IMG/VR virus record: IMGVR_UViG_3300049846_001037 | Coordinates: 141,427 to 205,426 of that record | Reading direction: 5' to 3' (one strand) | DNA: 64,000 nucleotides | Shown: positions 57,506 to 64,000 of the stretch, in pieces | How positions within the stretch are numbered: the first letter of the stretch is position 1 | Layout of the letters: each line of letters begins with the position of its first letter | The notes under the pieces: model-generated | What the model was told of the DNA's origin: nothing | Seen by the model: only the letters and a program-made list of their open reading frames with translations | The model's database searches: none | Translations under genes and position numbers: made by a program

Positions 57506-59044
57506 GGTCTACTCCTGAGAAAAGTCGATGCTGATGTTCTTGATGTTGCGGAACGCCTTCCACAAGGCATTCTCCTGCTTCTCGACCATCTCACGGGAGC
57601 CACGCAGAGTCAACCCCAGATTGATGTCGTAGGTGCGGTTCTTCGTCTGCTGGAAGTTGAAGCCCCCACCCGTGACCCTGAACTTCTTGGGGAACCCCTT
57701 GGGCAGACGGCTGTTGACCCGCTCACGAGCCTTCTGCTCGAAGGTCTCGTCATCGAAACGCTGTTCGAAAGGGATCTTGATGGTGACATCCACGATGGTC
57801 TTCATGGCTTACTCTCCCTCAGGATGCAGGAACTCTTGGATGTCGTCCGCCTTCCAGTCGCCCTGCTTCTTAGCCCTGATGCGGAATGCCTTCTCGTTGA
57901 GACGTTGGTTGCTGACGGGCATGGAGACCCCAGTCAGGGAAGTCCTCTCAGCGAAGCCCTCGTTCATCTCCGCCACAGCATCATCCAGCGTGATGGTCTT
58001 GGGTATGGGCTTGGTGGAGAGGATTTCCACCTGAACGACGGTCCTGTAGAAAGCCATGTCAGACTCCGGAGAAGGGCTTGCAACGGGTGACTCTGGTCAG
58101 TTTTCTGCCACCAGTCAACTCGGTGATGAGTTCGACTTCACCCTCTAAGGAGTGAGTGGAACCGAACTGAGGAACTGAGGCGTGGGACTTCAAGGAGCGA
58201 GTCCACACGAAGATGTTGCCTTCACGGTCTTCGAACATGAGGGTGTAGTTGTGGGCATTCACAGCCCCTCGTGTCTCCTTGACGTAGACCACCTTACCCG
58301 TGAAGATTGCCTTCATGGCTACACCAGAGAGCAGGCAACACGGTGGGCGGCCAGCAAGTCGGCAGCACCCTCATCGCCATCACCGTTGGTGTAATCGTAC
58401 TTCTTCTCCAGGTTCTTGGACCATTGGCGGTAGAACGCCATGTCGGGCAGGTCATCGTGTCCCGTGAAGCAGGTCTCGTCGTCATCAGCGCCAGGGCAGG
58501 TCGAGAGCAGTTCCACCTCAGGCTTTTCCTCCTGCCCCAGCTCCCAGCCCATCTGCTTGAGCAAACGGACCATCTCGTTGGCGACCACGGTCTCGTTCTT
58601 GCTGAGTTTGTAGATGACCTGCATGGCTTCCTCCTGCTCTTGAGTTGACTCCATACTAACTTAAAGAGTACTACTTGTCAAGCCACCACGGTCAGCCCCC
58701 GCTTCATCTGCTTCTCCCACTCATCCGAATAGGCTTTGGGACGCAACAGGTTCTTTTGCTTGGGATGACCATTGCGATAAGCCCAACGGCAGACATTCTC
58801 AGCATAGTTGCGACCATTACGCCTGACACCCATCTTCCCCAGAAACTTCTCCTCAGCATGTCGAGGGTTCTTGGCTCGTAGGGGCTTATGAGTCCAACAG
58901 CACATGTCGCTGTGGATGATGGCGAAGACATAGTAACGGGGCATGGGGTTCTCCAAGTGATGTCTTAGTATAACTTCCCAGCAGCCACTCGTCAACCGTC
59001 GGCCGCAGCCAACTGCCGTCGTTGGGATCTGGGAGCCCCTTGTC

Positions 59045-59060
59045 TACTTAAATTTAAGTA
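59045..59060. repeat. intergenic palindrome copy 12
   Basis: TACTTAAATTTAAGTA. Confidence 0.9.
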
Positions 59061-59462
59061 AGCGCCGATGTCCGGTCGTTGGGCGATGAGCTCTACCCAG
59101 AAAACAGAAAAGCCCCACCCTTTCGGATGAGGCTCTTCTGTGCACCCGGCGTACCACCCTATGCTGATCCATGGGTCATAGGGAACCCGTCTTACACTTA
59201 ATACCGATGCTTGATGGCGGCGAATTGGGCGAAGGTGAGGGTAGGCTTGATGCCCTTCAACTGGCAGTAAGCCTTCCACAACTCTCTGTCGCAGGTGTAT
59301 TCGCCAGGAGTCGGCTCACACTCGATGTTGTCGATGAACTGAGCCGCTGTGTGGGAGTCGATGTCCTCCACACGCTCGAAGCCCCAGATGTCTTTGAGGT
59401 AATTGCGGCTCTCCCTCGAAAGGGGAAAAGCCGTCTTGAGGGTGGCGGACATCTTTGACTCC

Positions 59463-59561
59463 TTAGTGGTTGAAGTGCTGTACCACCGCTGCCCCGATGA
59501 CGAACAGGATGGCGATGACGATGACCAGTTCGACCAAGGTGAAGCCTCGTTGGTTACGCAT
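59463..59561 (-). CDS. 32-aa mini type IV prepilin (class III signal peptide plus hydrophobic helix only)
   Basis: MRNQRG/FTLVELVIVIAILFVIGAAVVQHFNH*; GAGG RBS; below the length cutoff of the ORF track. Confidence 0.8.
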   Translation of the reverse strand: MRNQRGFTLVELVIVIAILFVIGAAVVQHFNH

Positions 59562-60950
59562 GACTACCTCGAAGGGGAACGATGGACTTGCTGACGCCAG
59601 ATGTGGGCGGTGATGGTTCGGTCAGCCTCCATCTTCTTGTCCAGAAGCTTGTTGTACTTCCTCCGTCCATAGGCTTGGGCGGCGATGAGCTTGCGGCAGA
59701 GAGCAGCCAGCCTCTTGACATTGCGAGGCGTAGGGTTCTTGAGAGCCGCTTGGATGACTGCCTCTTGCTGCGTCATGTCCGACTCCTACTAGATGAGCTT
59801 CTTGCGGCGGAGTTTGGTCCGCAGGTTCTTGAGAGCCTTGATCTGGTTGCGGAGCTGAACGCCCTCCAGGCTGTGACCCAGATCGTGGATGCTGACGTTC
59901 TGGAGGTAGGTCTTGTACTTCTTCTCCAAGACCTTGATCTCTTCGTTGATGACATCGCTCACACGGAGTCCCATGACTTACCTCAAGAGGGATTGGAGTT
60001 GCGTCATTTCCTCGGTCAGAGTTTCATGGCGGCGTTTGGGACTGTTCCAAGAATCAAGATAGTCCCTGTCCACCAGAGCCGCAGCAGCATCCTTGACGGC
60101 TCGTTGGATATGCTTCTGAGGAACCTCAACCTTCATCTTGAGAAGGTCCAAGACCACACCAACCAAGACAGTTGGATTGTAGTCGTTTGCCTTGATCTTG
60201 TCAAGCGCCCTGCTCAGGTTGTTCTCAGTCAGAGATGCCCTGTTGCGACGGAAGTAGTCCATCTCGTCTTGGACATCATCGCAGGCAGTGCTCTGTTCGC
60301 CCCAGGCTCCCATGACTTACCTCAGATGCTTCGGTTGGCGGTTGACCCACTTCTGCCATTGAGCGAAGGTCATGTCCGCAGGCAGGTTGTGGAAGGCGAG
60401 GTACTTCTCGGTGATGCTGTGGTCATCGGGCCAGACTTCCTTGGGCTCCTCTTCACGGTTCTCGATGAAGAGCGCCACCCAGCCCAGAGGCAACTGGCTG
60501 ATGTCCTTGATGCCCTTGGGCTCCCCATCGTACATCTGCTTGATGTACTTGATCTCCGATGGGGTCAGCGTGGTCGTCACCTTGTTGCGAGAGTGGAGCT
60601 GCTTCTTGAAGGCTTCGATCTGAGCCTTCTTCTTCTTGGCGTCTTTCCGCAGATGCTTGACGGTCTTCCGCAGCTCGTCCATGATCTGACCAGCGAGGTC
60701 ATCGTCGGGCTTGGCAATGTGGACAGCGTGGTTTTGGTGAGGCATGGCGTTCCTCCTTGATGTTGAACCCATCATAAACCAAACGCCTTAACTTGTCAAT
60801 AGTAGCCCTTCAGCCTAATGAGAGACCAGCGAAGTTTATATAGATTGGTGAGGGCTTCATCAATGGTCTTGATGAACACAGGGCATCCAGCAGTCCTCTT
60901 GAGTCTCTGCATCTTCGTTATCTCTTTGCTGACGATTTCTCCATTGGCTG

Positions 60951-61571
60951 TCATTTGACCTCCAATGCCCTGACCTTCTTTGCGATGACTTTATGCATCC
61001 CAGGGTTGATGAGCAGAGCCTCTGGAACAATGCCATGTCGAACCCTATTACGAGCATGACCCATATCCTCGTTGGTCATGTCCTCAGTCCAAGGAACATG
61101 CTTGTTCTCGGCATAGATGATCAGGTCAGATTTTGTGGTAAGGAGGAAAGGACGGACGACATTCTTATTGCGGTAGGGGATGAGTTTGGGAACCCCATGA
61201 CAGGCACCCATCAGCCATGTCTCAATCTGGTCATCGAGATGATGGGCGGTGATGACTGGGACTTCAAGGCTATGGAAAAACTTGTAGCGTTCATCTCGCC
61301 AGTATTCTTCCCAAGACTTGCTCTTAGGCTTGTCCGAAGAAATCCTCTGAGCAATCATCCCAGTCAGTCCCATCTGGGTGAGGAAGTCCAGAGCCTTGGC
61401 GGAAGTCTCAGTGCCGTGGTCAAAGAAGACAGGGGCAATACGCCGCTTGCCATTGACCCCATGCTTGAGGAAGTGATAGACGGCCATGGAGTCTACGCCA
61501 CCAGAGACGGCAACGTAATGCAACTGGTCATATTGAGGAAGGCTTCCGAGAATCTTTAGCATAGCGCCCAC
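60951..61571 (-). CDS. tilS: tRNA(Ile)-lysidine synthase, catalytic domain only
   Basis: PP-loop AVSGGVDS, RDERY, TAHHLDDQIET, RPFL, EDMTN, RNRVRH. Confidence 0.85.
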   Translation of the reverse strand: MGAMLKILGSLPQYDQLHYVAVSGGVDSMAVYHFLKHGVNGKRRIAPVFFDHGTETSAKALDFLTQMGLTGMIAQRISSDKPKSKSWEEYWRDERYKFFHSLEVPVITAHHLDDQIETWLMGACHGVPKLIPYRNKNVVRPFLLTTKSDLIIYAENKHVPWTEDMTNEDMGHARNRVRHGIVPEALLINPGMHKVIAKKVRALEVK

Positions 61572-62000
61572 ACCGTCCTGTCTGCCCGCATCTCCACCAA
61601 CCTAGCCCTCTCAGCCTTCTCGTTGGTGTCAGCGAAGTAGAAGTGGTCAGCCTTGTAAGGGTTGTACTTCACCTGCCGCAGTTTGGCTTCGGAGCTCAAC
61701 ACTACACCAAACTCAGGTATCTTGCCAATGACGAAGGCGTGGACATTCTTACGCTTCTGCTCAAGGACTCGCTTATGCCCACCCGGACGAACACGGAATT
61801 CCACATTCGTCACAACCACAGACTTCTCATGCCCCACAACCTTGCCCCCAACCATCAGAGACCAGATGGACTTATGCAGGTTGTAGTAGATGTAGGTCTT
61901 CATGTCGTCCTCCTTGAGATGGGTTAATATAACTTAAGGAGAAAGACATGTCAAACTCCTATCTGCGATCCTGCAGGGACATGGCACCACCTCCTTTCTC

Positions 62001-62016
62001 TACTTAAATTTAAGTA
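62001..62016. repeat. intergenic palindrome copy 13
   Basis: TACTTAAATTTAAGTA. Confidence 0.9.
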
Positions 62017-62098
62017 ACCGACTTCCTCCTCCCGTGTTAGCACCGACGACAGCCCAAAACAAAAAACCCCCAGTCGTTAGACTGAGGGCTTTTTGTAG

Positions 62099-62362
62099 TT
62101 TGCTGTGGGAACACCGGATTTCTACCGGACTGGTCAGACACCTCTTTTCATAATCCACTTAGTCAGGGCGGGTATCCAGTTCTCGACTAAGTGGTGTAAC
62201 ATATTTCAATCTATAATATAAATAGGTTTTTCCCAACCTTGGCCCTTCTCCTATTTCCCATATGGAAATATGAGTTGGGTTAGAAAGGGGAACGCCTCGT
62301 ATTGTCGGCAGATGGTGATCAAGCCACCCACCGACTGACCTTTGGGCTAGTTCCACAGCAAA
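62099..62362 (-). ncRNA. unclassified structured RNA of about 265 nt
   Basis: Terminal stem TTTGCTGTGGAAC/GTTCCCACAGCAAA plus several internal hairpins. Own promoter (TATAAT at 62382-62387) and terminator (62061-62094). Confidence 0.6.
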
Positions 62363-62799
62363 TTGTTAAAGACCTATCCCTATTATACTGGTTCCTTAGG
62401 GATTTACAACTACTTCTGGCGGTTGATGCGGCGGGAGATTCGCCCCATCTTGTTGAGAGCCTTACGCTTCCTGTTGCGGTTGGCGTAGGTCTTCCCGTTG
62501 GTCGTCTGGTTCTTGCTCTTGGGGCGGAAGAAGTTGAACATTACTTGCTCCAGGGATTGGACAAGGCATCAGCCACCTTGTCGCAGGGAACCTCGGTATA
62601 GATGGGGCCGCTGATTCCCCTGAACCCACTCACCGCAAAGCAGAGTTGAGTCCGCTTGTCCTGAACATACTTCAGGTTGCGGGTGATGGTTCGGTCCTCT
62701 GCGGGGTTGGGGCCGAAGCCTCCATTGAACGCCACCGCAAAGAGGACCAACAGCACGATGTTGAGAACGAGCAGCACCTTGTTCATGGTAGACCCTTTC

Positions 62800-63057
62800 T
62801 TAATCGATCTGAGTGATGACCACGGTTCCGCTTACTTCCACGAGCTTCTTGGTTGCCTCATCCTCGAAGCAGTAGCCATCGGACTGGGATTGGTTGCTCA
62901 CGTTGCCGGTAGCCACCCATGAGCCAACCTTTTGACCCCCGCTATAGAGGTCCACCCGATGACGCTTCCCCAGCGAGTTCCACTGGGCCATCGTGGCATC
63001 CTTACAGCCACTCACCAACAGAGCGGCCAGAGCGATGAACAACAGATGCTTTCGCAT
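62800..63057 (-). CDS. small lipoprotein
   Basis: Signal peptide with lipobox LVSGC. Confidence 0.55.
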   Translation of the reverse strand: MRKHLLFIALAALLVSGCKDATMAQWNSLGKRHRVDLYSGGQKVGSWVATGNVSNQSQSDGYCFEDEATKKLVEVSGTVVITQID

Positions 63058-63075
63058 GACTTCCCCTTTCAGAAA

Positions 63076-63170
63076 TGGTAGGGGTAGAGGGATTCGAACC
63101 CCCGACGATTTCCATCAAGCCAATCTCTCGACTGTCCGATGGCCCCAGGTACCGCTCCAGGCATACCCCT
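63076..63170 (-). ncRNA. atypical tRNA-like RNA (95 nt, CCA-ended) with no canonical anticodon loop
   Basis: Acceptor AGGGGTA/TACCCCT plus A-CCA; D arm CCT-GGAGCGGTACCT-GGG; T arm GGGGG-TTCGAAT-CCCTC; anticodon arm CCATC-GGA-CAGTC-GAGA-GATTG-GCTT-GATGG. Confidence 0.7.
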
Positions 63171-63176
63171 ATAAAA

Positions 63177-63253
63177 TGGTGGTCCCGGCAGGACTCGAAC
63201 CTGCGACCAAGCGATTATGAGTCGCCTGCTCTAACCAACTGAGCTACGGGACC
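63177..63253 (-). tRNA. tRNA-Ile2 (CAU, lysidine-modified)
   Basis: GGTCCCGTAGCTCAGTTGGTTAGAGCAGGCGACTCATAATCGCTTGGTCGCAGGTTCGAGTCCTGCCGGGACCACCA. The anticodon arm GGCGA-CTCATAA-TCGCT is ileX-type rather than Met-type. Confidence 0.9.
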
Positions 63254-63894
63254 ATTTACTTATTATACTTTAAGACGCCCGTAAACGTCAATTAGTTTTT
63301 GGTGTTTTTCAGAGGCTTGAGGCTTGCCTTGACCTTGCGGAGCTTGTTGCCCATCTCCGCCTTGCCCACCACCTCGTTGATGACACGGGTGGTCTCGATG
63401 CTCTTGGCGACCTTCTGTATTCGCTTGAGGAACTGCTTGATCCCCTGCTCACCAGCAAAGGTCTCCACAGACCCGCTGGAATGGAACATGTCGATGCGGT
63501 TGTCGCTCATCACGATGGTCGTCTGCATGGTCTTACTCCTGTTGCCCATTGTAGCCGAGATATTCGAGCTGACGCCTGATGATCTTCACCAGCGTCTCAT
63601 CGCCCTTGGCTTCGGCTTCTTTGAGTTGTTCCAGTAGGATATTCATAGTGGGGTAAGTATAATCTTTTGAGAAATGTCTGTCAATAGAAAAATGCAAAAA
63701 GCCCTCCCCAATTTCTGAGGAGGGCTTCTTGTTTAGGGCTCTTCTACTTCTTGGTCTTCTTTACCTGCTCGTAGGTAACGTGGGCGCAGGGGAAGTAGGG
63801 CGTTCCAGTTCCCTGCCAAGACTTCCCCTTGCATTTCGGGCAGGTCTTGACCTTGTGCTTGTTGGAGCCAGCAATGAAGCCCATGTCATCCTCC

Positions 63895-64000
63895 TACTTC
63901 TTAGCCATGCTCAGAGCCACCTTGAGAGCCTTCTCCTTGATGGCGGCTCCCGAACCGAACTGGGTGGCGTTGAACCGAGCCTCGTCCTTGCTCTTGAAGG
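63895..64000 (-). CDS. C-terminus of a DUF932-like protein (5' part outside window)
   Basis: ...DEARFNATQFGSGAAIKEKALKVALSMAKK*. Confidence 0.45.

Larger units (their letters stand above)
38394..63549 (-). other. early-region array of many small hypothetical ORFs in short promoter-to-terminator units
   Basis: Minus-strand ORFs with GGAG RBS and G/C-ending codons, e.g. 40000-40629, 41268-41600, 43409-43939, 48103-48582, 51660-52082, 55840-56253, 60317-60775. Confidence 0.7.
38760..63684 (-). promoter_or_regulatory. about 20 near-consensus sigma70-type (early) promoters
   Basis: TTGACA/TTGACG-N16-18-TAnnnT. Examples (span, -10 box): 39035-39063 TATACT, 39353-39381 TATAAT, 40636-40664, 42070-42098, 43221-43249 TATAAT, 44291-44319, 45587-45615, 47964-47992, 50615-50643, 53604-53632, 58967-58995, 61926-61954, 63262-63291. 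Many are followed by an ACTCA(A)GGAG leader. Confidence 0.85.
38341..63727 (-). terminator. series of intrinsic terminators ending the early transcription units
   Basis: GC hairpin plus U-tract (A-tract on plus) at about 38341-38366, 39482-39512, 40778-40808, 42191-42224, 43357-43385, 44425-44455, 48078-48104, 50782-50808, 53717-53747, 55072-55100, 59108-59134, 62061-62094 and 63696-63727. Confidence 0.8.

Noticed and set aside
51324-60760. Long plus-strand ORFs 51324-52649, 56933-58090 and 59582-60760
   Set aside because: They are antisense shadows of minus-strand genes with G/C-ending codons, cross several real genes, and show no recognisable motifs.
38274-62016. Palindrome series as a CRISPR array
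   Set aside because: Repeats are only 16 bp and are separated by 1-4 kb of genes; no cas genes in the window.
38274-62016. Palindrome elements as integron attC or Xer/dif sites
   Set aside because: No consistent RYYYAAC/GTTRRRY ends, the arms do not form long hairpins in most copies, the centre is 4 bp rather than 6-8 bp, and there is no integrase in the window. A recombination role is not fully excluded.
38274-62016. Strict periodicity of about 1.3 kb between palindromes
   Set aside because: Later gaps (2.4-4.1 kb) are only loosely multiples of this and can be explained by operon length.
62159-62356. 65-aa ORF inside the structured RNA
   Set aside because: GTG start lies within the closing stem, there is no clear RBS, and the region is better explained by base pairing.
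62099-62362. tmRNA or Y RNA
   Set aside because: No G3-U70 pair, no CCA and no clear tag frame; the arm order does not match the permuted T-before-D layout of YrlA-type Y RNAs.
63177-63253. tRNA-Met
   Set aside because: The anticodon is CAU, but the body and anticodon stem match the Ile2 type, there are no initiator features, and tilS is nearby.
1-64000. Stop-codon reassignment
   Set aside because: Conserved genes are full length in code 11, and TAG, TGA and TAA are all used as terminal stops.

Overview
This window looks like part of a large (jumbo-type) dsDNA phage genome. Nearly all genes are on the minus strand and use standard code 11. 1-19 kb is a core module: SbcD/Mre11 nuclease, primase Zn-finger, DnaB helicase, DnaC-like loader, SNF2 helicase, PRTase, DeoC, NusG, tubulin/FtsZ-family GTPase, DnaJ, DUF2997/DUF1257/Ycf46-type AAA trio interrupted by ClpX, radical SAM and a Clp-like AAA+. 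19-38 kb is mostly small hypothetical ORFs, with a vWA protein, a plus-strand DNA methyltransferase and a SprT-like protease. After a non-coding junction at about 37.9-38.3 kb, 38-64 kb is an early-type region of short transcription units. Main signals: (1) 13 copies of a 16-bp palindrome TACTTA-N4-TAAGTA in GC-rich arms of about 40 bp, beside an intrinsic terminator and, in 12 of 13 copies, upstream of a sigma70 promoter at helically phased distances; (2) two tRNA-shaped RNAs with a GAGA tetraloop instead of an anticodon loop, plus a separately transcribed structured RNA of about 265 nt; (3) a tRNA-Ile2(CAU) with a minimal TilS; (4) a 32-aa mini type IV prepilin missed by the ORF track; (5) a second promoter class, TTTATA-N9-TA. 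All family assignments come from motif recognition by eye, not from database searches.
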